Notes under the pieces: model-generated
Databases searched by the model: none
Told to the model about the DNA's origin: nothing
What the model saw: the letters and a program-made list of their open reading frames with translations, nothing else
Made by a program: the position numbers and the translations under genes
Assembly: GCA_964016885.1 (NCBI GenBank)
Contig: OZ024760.1
Span: 27,404,001 to 27,468,000, forward strand
Length of the DNA stretch: 64,000 nt
Direction: 5' to 3'
Source of the DNA: Eledone cirrhosa
Lineage: Eukaryota
Part shown: piece after piece, positions 1-11,399 of the stretch
How the letters are laid out: every line of letters starts with the position of its first letter
How positions within the stretch are numbered: the stretch's first letter is position 1

Positions 1-66
1 TCATGGAAAGAAGAGATGCAATGAAAAATCACTTTCGGTGAAAGATAAACGGAATACAGAGTCAAG

Positions 67-483
67 ATAAAATATTAAACAAATAATGAATAAACAATGA
101 AAACAGTTCCTTATATTAAACAAAAAAAGTTCATTATTTAACGATCGTTTCTAGGATATATATGTGTTAGAATTGGCATGCATATTCAACAGATCTATGT
201 ACAAAATTATACAAAATTATACAAACTATCAAGATTAAATATACATACCAACACATATATACGCCGTCTTCAGAAATAAATTATTTCTGAAGACGGCGTA
301 TATATGTGTTGGTATGTATATTTAATCTTGATAGTTTGTATAATTTTGTACATAGATCTGTTGAATATGCATGCCAATTCTAACACATATATATCCTAGA
401 AACGATCGTTAAATAATGAACTTTTTTTGTTTAATATAAGGAACTGTTTTCATTGTTTATTCATTATTTGTTTAATATTTTAT
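67..483. repeat. Near-perfect ~415-bp palindrome (fold-back unit) carrying a hammerhead motif in each arm
   Basis: 67-279 is the reverse complement of 281-483, centred on CAGAAATAA-A-TTATTTCTG. The left arm has an extra 10-bp ACAAAATTAT duplication. The right end abuts (TA)n. Confidence 0.95.
280..417 (+). ncRNA. Type I hammerhead ribozyme with very long stem II (mirror copy on minus strand ~133-279)
   Basis: Stem I ATTATTT(280-286)/AAATAAT(411-417); core CTGAAGA 287-293; GAAA 399-402; palindromic stem III A-CGATCG-T; cleavage triplet GUU; stem II of ~105 nt with G-U-rich pairing. Confidence 0.7.
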
Positions 484-526
484 ATATATATATATACACA
501 CACTCACATACACAGAAACACGTATG

Positions 527-1832
527 CAGGGTGGGCCATAAGTTCGGAACCGAATTTTTGGAATTTGATTTCTAAAAGTGTTGTAATTATATAATTAATC
601 TTTTATTTTCATGTTAAATCATTAGTCTATGTAAACATAATGGACTTTGTTTGAATTTCTTAAAGAATTTGAATGTCATCCAATAGAGAAATGATACTCA
701 AACTTCATCAGACAGGGAGGTCAGATTCGGTCGTTGTAAAGTTACTTTTTGTTGCAAGATCTACTGTTTGGAAAGCTGTGAAGCATTTTAAAGTGTAAAG
801 AGATTTGTTGGATAGACCCAGAAGTAGAAGACTATGAACGAAATAGACTCCCACTCTCATTAAAGTCGTTTGAGAAAGGATAAGAAAAAATCCAATAAGG
901 TCCATGAGAAAAATGCCAAATGAGGTCCGAATAAACCCTAGGACAATGTGAAGAATCATCAATGATGACTTGAGAATGTCTTCCTTCACCCTTCAGAAGA
1001 GACAAACCCTTTCTGAAAAGACAAAGCAAAAAAAGGCTATAGAGAGAGAAGCAAGAATTTGCTTAAAGAAATGAAACATGGCATGGTGGAGTAAGTTGTC
1101 TGGTCAGATGAAAATATTTTCTCTGTTGAGCAGACACACAACCGAAGAAATGATCGAGTCATTGGAAAGAAAATATCAGCAATCAGTGTTAACCAAACAT
1201 CTGTATTCCATACAAAGAAACCAGTTTCTGTTATGGTCTAAGGATGGGGACGAGGGGGCTGTTTCATCATCTTGGAAGTCTCCTCTCATTTTTGTGGAAG
1301 AAAAGACAAAAATCAGCTCCTAATCTTACATAAACAGTATTCTGGAGCCTATTCTTGCTTCTGCAACTAATCATTTTGGCAATGATTATCTGTGGACCTT
1401 CCAACAGGATGGAGTCACCGCCCATACAACAAATGACACACAAGCTTGGTGCAGAAACCATCTTCTGAGGTTCTGGTCAAAAGAAATGTGGCCTATTTGT
1501 TCGCCTGATTTGAACCATATGGACTTTCCAGTATGGTGTAACTTTGAAGAAAAAGTTTGTTCAAAAGTCCATAAGACAGTCGATGATTTAAAAGCATCTT
1601 TACTGAGCGCTTGGAAAGAAATTCCCCAAGAAAGGTTACCTGATTTGGTGAAAGATGTTTGATGGCGGTTAGAGGCTATCATTGCTGCAAGAGGGGGTCA
1701 TTTTAAATAACCTCTATACATTATATTCTAAACATATTTATGTATAATTACATATATGTTGCTGGTCAATAAAGTTAGTAGCTTTGTTATTAAAAGTATT
1801 TTTATTTGCTTCCAAACTTATGCTCCACCCTG
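527..1832 (+). mobile_element. Decayed Tc1/mariner-superfamily DNA transposon (maT/DD37D-like)
   Basis: Imperfect TIRs CAGGGTGGGCCATAAGTT / AACTTATGCTCCACCCTG followed by TA. Broken transposase ~673-1710 with FQQDG..AHT, WPICSPDLNHMDF and GGHF motifs. Confidence 0.85.
673..1710 (+). pseudogene. Transposase pseudogene (stops and frameshifts)
   Basis: Starts MSSNREMILKLHQTG (HTH-like) and reaches a DDD-type catalytic region; multiple in-frame stops. Confidence 0.8.
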
Positions 1833-1848
1833 TATATGTACAAAACTC

Positions 1849-1884
<36 letters not shown>

Positions 1885-1886
<2 letters not shown>

Positions 1887-3405
1887 GAGGGGTTTACCTT
1901 GTTAAAAGTAAACCCCTCTACTTAGCTTTTGTTGACTTGGAGAAAGCCTTTGACAGATTCCCCCACTCCATTATCTGGTGGGCTCTTAGAAAACTAGGAG
2001 TAGATGAATGGCTTGTGAGAGCTATACAAGCCATGTATAGAGGAACAGTCAGCAATTTAGAATTAGCAATGAATATAGTGAAGAATTTAGTGTAAAAGTT
2101 GGAGTTCACCAGGGCTCCGCCCTTAGCCCCCTCCTGTTTATTATTGTCCGACAGGCTATAACAGAGGAGTTTAAGACTGGCTGCCCTTGGGAACTTCTAT
2201 ATGCAGATGATCTAACCCTCGTATCTGAATCTATAGCAGAACTAGAGAAGAAATTCCAAACCTGGAAGCATGGCCTAGAATCAAAAGGCCTTAAAATTAA
2301 CTTATCTAAGACTAAAGTTCTAGTATGTAGAAAGGAAAATATGGCACAGGTTCCTTCTGGGAAATGGCCATGCTCAATGTGTAGGAAATGAGTAGGTAGA
2401 AATTCCATTCTATGTCCCAAATGTAAGCTATGGGTACATAAAAGATGTAGTGGGATCACAGGAAAGCTATCAAAGAATGTAGATTTTATGTGGCCAATGC
2501 TCAGATGCAGCAAGTAGCAAGTGCCCACAGCATACTAGCTCCTTCAACTGCCCAGATGGTTCTATAGGAATAGTAGACACCTTCCATTACCTGGGTGACA
2601 AAATCAGCAGTGGAGGAGGGTGCTCTGAAAGTACAGTAGCCAGAGTCAGAACTGGATGGAAAAAGTTCAGAGAACTAATACCGCTGTTGGCCACAAGGGG
2701 TTTTGTTCTCTAAAAGTGAAAGGCAGATTGTATGATGCCTGTATACGAACGGCAATGTTACATGGTAGTGAGACTTTGGCATTGTGTGCTGAAGACCTGA
2801 ATAGATTAGAAAGAAATGAAGCTTGCATGCTCCGATGGATGTGTAATAGTAATATACATGAACAGCAAAGCATAAACGAACTAAGTGAGAAATTAGGCAT
2901 AAGCAGGATCAGATACTGTTTACTAGAGAGGAGATTACGTATGGTCATGTGATGCATATGAAGGACAGCTGCATAAAAAGTGCAGGGTAATCAAAATTGA
3001 TGGACGCTACGGAATAGGTAGACCCAAAAAGACCTGGGACAAGGTGATAAAAGCTGACCTTGCCCACTTGAACCTCTCTAAGACAATGACACAGGAGCGA
3101 GATCTTTGGCGCTATGTAGTAATACAGAAGACCTGCCTTAATCGAATATACACCCTACACCTCCCTTCCACTTCCACCCACACCACCCTTACTCTGTAAA
3201 GTTATGTTGGTACCACAAAACAACCAGCCCTCACTATAAATGGGGTTGACACTAAGGAGGGCATCCAGCTGTAGAAAACCAGCCAGAATCAGTCCTATAC
3301 GAGCGAGATATGGTTGCCCGACCCAACTTGCCTCAAGTTGGACAAACCCGTCTAACCCATGCTAGCGTGGAAGATAGACATTAAACGATGATGATGATGA
3401 TGATT
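1885..3405 (+). mobile_element. 5'-truncated RTE-clade LINE, degenerate
   Basis: [26 protein letters not shown], Cys-rich insert WPCSMC..VHKRC, MLHGSET, GRPKKTW; 3' tail (GAT)n. Confidence 0.9.
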
Positions 3406-3544
3406 TTCCTAAAATAAGTCTCAAAAATCTACCGTGTGTCCTGGAGGCCGATAGTTGTTTATTATTTTTTTTTTTAAATTTTTGGTTGTCAAACTTATGG
3501 TGGGTCCTTGAGGACGAAGCGTCTTCGGCACCGGGAAATACGGT

Positions 3545-3905
3545 ATATACAAATATACATACAGACATATATACAAACACACATACATACAGACATATAT
3601 ACAAACACACATACATACAGACATATATACAAACACACATACATACAGACATATATACAAACACACATACATACAGACATATATACAAACACACATACAT
3701 ACAGACATATATACAAACACACATACATACAGACATATATACAAACACACATACATACAGACATATATACAAACACACATATATGTACATGCACCTGCAC
3801 ATACATACAGAAATACACGCACTCACGTATACACATACATACAAACACACACAGACACACACACATACACAGACACACACACACACACACACACACAGAC
3901 ACATA
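3545..3905. repeat. AC/AT-rich minisatellite and (CA)n
   Basis: Tandem ACATACATACAGACATATATACAAACAC units followed by (CA)n. Confidence 0.9.
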
Positions 3906-4034
3906 TTGTGTTGCCCTAAGGTATATAGAGACTGAGAGAATTCCTTTGGTGAAAACATCTTATAATTAAAATAAATTATGTTTAAAGTAAACTATAATTT
4001 ACATATGAAACCATTTAATTTAATTTAATATATG

Positions 4035-4210
4035 CATAGAGAGGAAGACCACGAAAAACATGGGCGGAGGTGGTGAGAGCAGACCTCAGATCACTGAAGC
4101 TCACGGAGGAGATGACGAAGGACCGTGACAAATGGAGAGATGCTGTGCTGAATAGGACCCGTCCCATCCTTGCAAGCAGGGAAAAGCGGGCATAAAATGA
4201 TGATGATGAT
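4035..4210 (+). mobile_element. RTE LINE 3' fragment
   Basis: RGRPRKTWAEVVRADLR...DRDKWR; tail CTTGCAAGCAGGGAAAAGCGGG...(GAT)n. Confidence 0.8.
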
Positions 4211-4304
4211 GTGAATAATTGTTAGAAGGGTAGTGTCTGTAGGGGAGTGTCAGAAACCTTTGGCCCTCAACTGTGGGGATGGGATTTATTCATTCATTCA
4301 CACA

Positions 4305-5905
4305 GTGCCCAGTTCACCCTGTAATATGGTTGTTTTGGTGCTATGATAAAATGTACTCAGTTCACCCTGTAATGTGGTTGTTTTGGTATCACAATAAAAT
4401 GTACCCAGTTCACCCTGTAATGTGGTTGTTTTGGTATCACAATAAAATGTACCCAGTTCACCCTGTAATGTGGTTGTTTTGGTATCACAATAAAATGTAC
4501 CCAGTTCACCCTGTAATGTAGTTGTTTTGGTGCCAATAAAATGTACTCAGTTTACTCTGTTAGGTGGTTGTTTTGGTGTCACAATAAAATGTACCCAGTT
4601 CACCCTGTAATGTAGTTGTTTTGGTGTCACAATAAAATGTACCCAGTTTACCCTGTTAGGTGGTTGTTTTGGTGTCACAATAAAATGTACTCAGTTCACC
4701 CTGTAATGTGGTTGTTTTGGTGCTATGATAAAATGTACCCAGTTTACCCTGTTAGCTGGTTGTTTTGGTGTTATGATAAAATGTACCCAGTTCACCCTGT
4801 AATGTGGTTGTTTTGGTGCTATGATAAAATGTACCCAGTTTACCCTGTAATGTGGTTGTCTTGGTGCTATGATAAAATGTACCCAGTTTACCCTGTTAGG
4901 TGGTTGTTTTGGTGTTATGATAAAATGTACCAGTTTACCCTGTTAGGTGGTTGTTTTGGTGCTATGATAAAATGTACCCAGTTTACCCTGTTAGCTGGTT
5001 GTTTTGGTGTTATGATAAAATGTACCCAGTTCACCCTGTAATGTGGTTGTTTTGGTGCTATGATAAAATGTCCCAGTTCACCCTGTTAGGTGGTTGTTTT
5101 GGTGCTATGATAAAATGTACCCAGTTTACCCTGTAATGTGGTTGTTTTGGTGCTATGATAAAATGTACCCAGTTTACCCTGTTAGGTGATTTTTTGGTGT
5201 CACAATAAAATGTACCCAGTTTACCCTGTTAGGTGGTTGTTTTGGTGTCACAATAAAATGTACCCAGTTTACCCTGTAATGTGGTTGTTTTGTTGTCTCA
5301 ATAAAATGTACCCAGTTTACCCTGTAATGTGGTTGTTTTGGTATCACAATAAAATGTACTCAGTTCACCCTGTAATGTAGTTGTTTTGGTGTCAATAAAA
5401 TGTACTCAGTTTACTCTGTAATGTAGTTGTTTTGGTGTCACAATAAAATGTACCCAGTTTACCCTGTTAGGTGGTGGTTTTGGTGTCACAATAAAATGTA
5501 CTCAGTTCACCCTGTAAGGTAGTTGTTTTGGTGTCACAATAAAATGTACCCAGTTCACCCTGTAATGTCGTTGTTTTGGTGTAACAATAAAATGTACCCA
5601 GTTCACCCTGTTAGGTGGTTGTTTTGGTGTCAATAAAATGTACCCAGTTTACCCTGATAGGTGGTTGTTTTGGTGTCACAATAAAATGTACCCAGTTCAC
5701 CCTGTAATATGGTTGTTTTGGTGTCACAATAAAATGTACCCAGTTCACCCTGTAATGTGGTTGTTTTGGTGTCACAATAAAAAGTACTCAGTTCACCCTG
5801 TAATGTGTTTGGTGTCACAATAAAATGTACCCAGTTAGGTGGTTGTTTTGGGGTCACAATAAAATGTACCCAGTTCACCCTGTAATGTGGTTGTTTTGGT
5901 GCCAC
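4305..5905. repeat. 48-bp minisatellite, ~33 copies
   Basis: Unit CCCAGTTCACCCTGTAATGTGGTTGTTTTGGTGTCACAATAAAATGTA with variants; 16-aa periodicity in the spurious ORFs. Confidence 0.95.
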
Positions 5906-6027
5906 GATATAAGTGCAACATAGTTAACCAAACAAGGATGTGTGAACCCTATAACGGTTTGTCGGTAGTGAAGTAGATAAAGGAGAGCACTCAACGACCT
6001 GTATAAAGGTGAAAGTCGGGGCATTAT

Positions 6028-6487
6028 ATCATCATCATCATCAATTTACACTTGCTTTTCCCTGCTTGCAAGGGTGGGACGGGAACTGATTCTGGCTTGA
6101 TTTCTACAGCTCGATGCCCTTCCTAACACCAACCTCTTTTACAGTCACTGCTGGGTGCTTTATTTCCGTGGCGCCTATACGACCACTTTACAGTGTGGGC
6201 TGGGTGCTTTTTTGCCGTGGCACCCCCACATCTACTTTACAGTGAGTGCTGGGTGCTTTTTTGCCGTGGCACCTCCACGTCCACTTTACAGTGTGGGCTG
6301 GGTGCTTTTTTGACATGGCCCCTACATGTACACTTTACAGTGTGGGCTGGGTGCTTTTTTGCGTGGCACCTCCACGACCACTTTGCAGTGGAATGATAGG
6401 GACTCCAGTCCTATCATCTCATTTCTACAGCTGAGTAAACTGGAGCAATGTGAAATATAGTGTCTTGCTCAAAGAAACAACACATCA
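6028..6487 (-). mobile_element. SINE family A, 5'-truncated, with internal ~49-bp tandem repeats
   Basis: Reverse complement of the SINE at 14085-14420; (CAT)n tail. Confidence 0.8.
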
Positions 6488-6774
6488 TATTATATATCTA
6501 TATATTATATTTCAATAAAAGTATAAGACCATATTCATTTGGTTATTTCCTCAATGCCCAAATAACATCACACACCCAGTCAGCCCCCTGTATCAAAAAA
6601 AGAAAAGTAAAACTATTCCAAATTTAAAGATTTTTTAACCCTTTAATGTTCAAACCGGCCAAAACCGGCCAGGATTCTCTACCTCTTTCTGTTGAAACTG
6701 GTTGTAACTGGTCGCTCAAACTTATGTTAAGGTATTGTTCTCAAAATAAATACTTTTAAAATCTCATAGATTCG

Positions 6775-7704
6775 ATATTATGTGAGATAATTATGTAAGG
6801 TAAAGCCTTTACCATGAAAATACAATAGTATATATAGAGTAATGTAAATGTTATGCGAGATATTATGTGAGGTAAAGCCTTTACTGTGAAAATACAATAG
6901 TATATATAGAGTAATGTAAATGTTATGTGAGATATTATGTGAGGTAAAGCCTTTACCATGAAAATACAATAGTATATATAGAGTAATGTAAATGTTATGC
7001 GAGATATTATGTGAGGTAAAGCCTTTACTGTGAAAATACAATAGTATATATAGAGTAATGTAAATGTTATGTGAGATATTATGTGAGGTAAAGCCTTTAC
7101 TGTGAAAATACAATAGTATATATAGAGTAATGTAAATGTTATGTGAGATATTATGTGAGGTAAAGCCTTTACTGTGAAAATACAATAGTATATATAGAGT
7201 AATGTAAATGTTATGTGAGATATTATGTGAAGTAAAGCCTTTACTGTGAAAATACAATAGTATATATAGAGTAATGTAAATGTTATGTGAGATATTATGT
7301 GAGGTAAAGCCTTTACTGTGAAAATACAATAGTATATATAGAGTAATGTAAATGTTATGTGAGATATTATGTGAGGTAAAGCCTTTACTGTGAAAATACA
7401 ATAGTATATATAGAGTAATGTAAATGTTATGTGAGATATTATGTGAGGTAAAGCCTTTACTGTGAAAATACAATAGTATATATAGAGTAATGTAAATGTT
7501 ATGTGAGATATTATGTGAGGTAAAGCCTTTACTGTGAAAATACAATAGTATATATAGAGTAATGTAAATGTTATGTGAGATATTATGTGAAGTAAAGCCT
7601 TTACTGTGAAAATACAATAGTATATATAGAGTAATGTAAATGTTATGTGAGATATTATGTGAGGTAAAGCCTTTACTGTGAAAATACAATAGTATATATA
7701 GAGT
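6775..7704. repeat. Satellite of ~60-72-bp unit, left block
   Basis: Highly homogeneous tandem GAGTAATGTAAATGTTATGTGAGATATTATGTGAGGTAAAGCCTTTACTGTGAAAATACAATAGTATATATA (24-aa periodicity in the spurious ORF indicates 72 bp). Confidence 0.9.
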
Positions 7705-7940
7705 GGTTTCTTTATTTGCCACTAGGGCACGAAAGGTAGGGACAGATACAAGGGGGGAAGTTTACATATAATTAACGAGTACAAAAATATAACAATGAAA
7801 TAACAACAACAAACGAAGTCCTCAATAGGGAGGGGCATTAACATGGGTCGCACACACCCCGGAAAAAATGTGCAACCCTTCTCCTCAGGAGCACAAAGAG
7901 TAGGTGCTTCCCTCGTCTCCGCTTTTTCCTCTTCTTTCAC

Positions 7941-10900
7941 CTACAGGCTGATATAGAGAGAAGACCCATTCACTCTGGCCATTCTCCCTACTTTCACCCA
8001 CCTTTCATAAAACTTGCTGGGGTAGAGCACCTCTCTCTCCATTCTGATCCTTCTTTTAAAATGGTATTTGAAAAAGGGGACCAGTTGTTGGCCGGAGAGA
8101 AAGGTGTCTGACCTCAGCCCTTTCAGCCTCGTCCACCATACAACTTCTTTAGCCATGGCTACCACACAGAGAAAAACCGCCTCTCCTTCGTTTTTGAAAG
8201 GGGGAGGCGGTTTGATCGTGACAATGGACTCGGTGGTCAACCGGATTGGTCCCACCCTCGACAGTAGTCGTTCCACATAGCCCCACAGGTCAGCAATGCC
8301 TGGGCAGTGTACGAATGCGTGCGCAACGGTTTCGTCATCATGCACGCATCTCGGACAGATCTTATTCAAAGGATCTCTACCCAGGCTCCCATGCCTGTGG
8401 AGCTTGTCTCGAACGGGTAGAGCCCCTCGGTAGCACTGCCAAGCCAGGGACTTTTGGAAGTTGTCCATCGGTCCAGGGCCAAACGTCCTACCGAACAGAC
8501 TGGCCAGTTCATCTTCCTCCATGCCTAGAGCTTCTCCGAGAGCATCGTCGCACCTGCTGCGTACCAACCCTCTATAGAATGTCGAGGTGGAGTCTCCACT
8601 GATTGCCGGGTCCGCTTTCCAGAGGGCCGTGAGCGCCTGGGCACATTCAATGTGCCAGTCGCCCACTTTTCTCGGTCTTTGCTTGACCCAGGATTGCAGC
8701 TCGGTGAGCGAGACGAGTCTGGGAAAGGCTCGCCTCACAAACGGGGCCCACACCGGTTGACCGGTGAGGAATACCTGGAGGTGCCGTAGCCTTAATGCGT
8801 GTTTACGCATCTGTAGCCACGGCATCCCCAGCCCTCCTTTCGAAGGGTGTTGACAGCAGATGGATCTCCTCACCAAAGGGGTCCGCTTGTTCCAAAGAAA
8901 TTGGAACAGCGCGCACTCCATTTTGGCGAGTCTTTTCACTGGGCAAGGCACGACGGTCAAGCGGTAGTAGATGACGGATGCTATATAAGTATTCGCCACC
9001 TCCGCTCGACCTTTCAGGGATAGTTTGCACTGGGCCCACTTCTGGGTGAGTGCAAACACCCTGGCCGTTACCTCGTTCCAGTTTTTCTCCACCTGGAGGT
9101 CTGGTCCGAACCAGACCCCAAGCAGCTTCACCGGGCCCTCCGTCCAGCGTCCGACGACGTCGTTGGAGGGCATCGGTTTGCCTCTCCATGTTCCGAGTTG
9201 CAAACCGACGGACTTGTCCCGGTTCAGCTTGGCTCCTGTAAACCTTTCATATTCCTCCAGTAAGGTGCCGATCTCACCGATTTGCGAGGTTTTCGACACC
9301 ATTACTGTCACGTCATCGGCGTAGGCCGACGCCGCTTTCTGCAATCCCGGTTCCAAAGGGATGCCCTGCAACCGCTCCAACTTCCGCAGTAGTGGCTCAA
9401 GAGCCAGCACATACAGTAGGGAGGAGAGAGGGCATCCCTGTCGGATGGATCGCATGATTTGGAACGGCTCCGAGAGGTGGCCGTTCACCTTGACCCTTGA
9501 GCAGACGTTGCTGCTGTGCATCGCAGCAATCCAACCCCTGAAAACGGGTCCGAAGCCTGCCGCCGCGAGCACCGCATCCAGGTAACGATGGTCAACCCTA
9601 TCGAAAGCTTTAGATTGATCCAAGTTGATCAGGGCCCCACCAAAGCCGGGTTCATTCCCTACCCTCTCTATGATGTATCGCATAAGGTGGAGATTGTCGT
9701 GAATGGACCTGGACGGGATTGCGCATGTCTGCGCTTCTCCCACCAGGTTTCCAACGACAAGCGCCAACCTCTTCGCTAACACCTTGGCCAAAATCTTTAA
9801 CTCTGTATTTAGCAGAGTTATGGGCCTGAAGTTACTTATGTCATCCCCCTTGTTCTCATCCTTCCTCACCAGCGTAACTACGCCCTTGGTCACAGAACTG
9901 GGAATTCTCCCGTTCTGCTGCCAGTTGCAGTAGACCGCTTCGAGGATATCGGAGAACAAGTCCGGCATCGCTACATATAGCTCGTATGGTAGACCATCGA
10001 GACCCGGGGATTTGCGTTTGCCGCATTGGCTCAGCGCCGCCCCTATCTCAGCAGCTGAAATCGTCCTTTCGCAGGACTTCGCCTCCGCGTCCGAGAGGCG
10101 CGGCAGACCGTCGAGGTATGGATTGAAATCCATAGTCTCACCCGGCGCGCCGCCCCTCTCGAACAGTCGTGCAAAGTGCCGCTGAAAGGCCGCACACATC
10201 TGCCCAGGTTCAAGGATCACACGCCCATCCTGGTCCTTCAAAGACCGAATCGTGGACTTGTTCCCACTTTTTGCCTCTATCACTCGGGCCCAGCTTACAG
10301 CTTTGGCTCCCTCATTACCCAGAGCACGTATTTTACTCCTGACAACGCAGCCTTCATGCTTCACCTCAAAGAACTGGTCTAAGGCCATTCTTGATGCCAG
10401 CACGCCGGCTACATTGCCACTCCTAATCGCCTCTTCTACTCTATCTACTAATTCCCTTTCCGTCTTGTTCCTATCCCTTGCTAATTCCTGACTAAAACCT
10501 ATCGATTCTATTCTAATTGCTCTCTTAAGAGAGCTCCACCACCTGTTGTTGACAATTGCCCCTGTCAAATTCTGCTTAACTAACGTGCTAATCCGTTTAC
10601 TGTAAGCTTTGCTTCTCGGTAAGGACAAGTTCAGCTTCCAGTAACCGGGTCCCTGTCTATGGGTTCTATCAAGGTTGGCTATGCAGGTCACTAACTTGTG
10701 ATCCGAATAGTCAACCATGAACATTTTTGGACAGCTAAATGTGTCCCTATCGTTCTCTCTAACTAGGACCCTATCTAGGTACGACCTAGATGTTCCACTG
10801 CGATTGGTCCACGTCCATAGTGGTACAGTCGGAAAATCTAGTCGATATCTATCGGCCAGGTCAAATCGGCCGATTAACCTTTTGAGGCTTTTACACCCCC

Positions 10901-11378
10901 CTCTATTGGCACATGCCCCTACATAGTCCCAACGTGCATCCAGGATACCATTCCAGTCCCCCACTAAAAGCAAGGAGCGGGACGTTCCCAGAAAAGTTTC
11001 CAGACGTTGGAAGTATTCCGGCCGCGCTGCCCAAAAAGGGGCGTACACAGCTATTAGTCTAAGGGCTCCACTTTCACTACTGCCGACGTCTAAAACCACC
11101 AGTCGACCCTCCGGGTCCAGGTGCACCTTCTGTATGGCGAGGCCCAGGTGTTTTCGCAGCAGAACGACAACTCCACCCCCACCCCCCGGTTGACAGAGAG
11201 ATGCGAAGATCTCAAAGTCGTCGAAGAGGGGCGCCAGTTGGTGCTCGCTGCTGATCCTGGACTCGCAAATAGCCATTACATCCATTCTATGTGACCTGAG
11301 ATCGTTTAAAAGTTTGCCTTGTTTCCAAGACAGTCCCAGGCCACGTACATTCAGAAACCCAACTCTTATATCAGCCAT
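7941..11378 (-). CDS. ORF2: APE endonuclease + reverse transcriptase + C-terminal zinc knuckle (1145 aa)
   Basis: NVRGL, GDWN, SYLDRVL, SDHKLV (APE); KSPGLDGLP, FRPITLLN, DQSKAFD, IRQGCPLS, YADD (RT); CPRC...ETVAHAFVHC. Confidence 0.97.
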   Translation of the reverse strand: MADIRVGFLNVRGLGLSWKQGKLLNDLRSHRMDVMAICESRISSEHQLAPLFDDFEIFASLCQPGGGGGVVVLLRKHLGLAIQKVHLDPEGRLVVLDVGSSESGALRLIAVYAPFWAARPEYFQRLETFLGTSRSLLLVGDWNGILDARWDYVGACANRGGCKSLKRLIGRFDLADRYRLDFPTVPLWTWTNRSGTSRSYLDRVLVRENDRDTFSCPKMFMVDYSDHKLVTCIANLDRTHRQGPGYWKLNLSLPRSKAYSKRISTLVKQNLTGAIVNNRWWSSLKRAIRIESIGFSQELARDRNKTERELVDRVEEAIRSGNVAGVLASRMALDQFFEVKHEGCVVRSKIRALGNEGAKAVSWARVIEAKSGNKSTIRSLKDQDGRVILEPGQMCAAFQRHFARLFERGGAPGETMDFNPYLDGLPRLSDAEAKSCERTISAAEIGAALSQCGKRKSPGLDGLPYELYVAMPDLFSDILEAVYCNWQQNGRIPSSVTKGVVTLVRKDENKGDDISNFRPITLLNTELKILAKVLAKRLALVVGNLVGEAQTCAIPSRSIHDNLHLMRYIIERVGNEPGFGGALINLDQSKAFDRVDHRYLDAVLAAAGFGPVFRGWIAAMHSSNVCSRVKVNGHLSEPFQIMRSIRQGCPLSSLLYVLALEPLLRKLERLQGIPLEPGLQKAASAYADDVTVMVSKTSQIGEIGTLLEEYERFTGAKLNRDKSVGLQLGTWRGKPMPSNDVVGRWTEGPVKLLGVWFGPDLQVEKNWNEVTARVFALTQKWAQCKLSLKGRAEVANTYIASVIYYRLTVVPCPVKRLAKMECALFQFLWNKRTPLVRRSICCQHPSKGGLGMPWLQMRKHALRLRHLQVFLTGQPVWAPFVRRAFPRLVSLTELQSWVKQRPRKVGDWHIECAQALTALWKADPAISGDSTSTFYRGLVRSRCDDALGEALGMEEDELASLFGRTFGPGPMDNFQKSLAWQCYRGALPVRDKLHRHGSLGRDPLNKICPRCVHDDETVAHAFVHCPGIADLWGYVERLLSRVGPIRLTTESIVTIKPPPPFKNEGEAVFLCVVAMAKEVVWWTRLKGLRSDTFLSGQQLVPFFKYHFKRRIRMEREVLYPSKFYERWVKVGRMARVNGSSLYISL

Positions 11379-11399
11379 GTTGGTTAAAAGAGGAAGGAC

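Noticed and set aside
6778-7940. 314-aa and 72-aa ORFs downstream of Tx1 ORF2
   Set aside because: Satellite translation and 3' UTR; no domain similarity evident.
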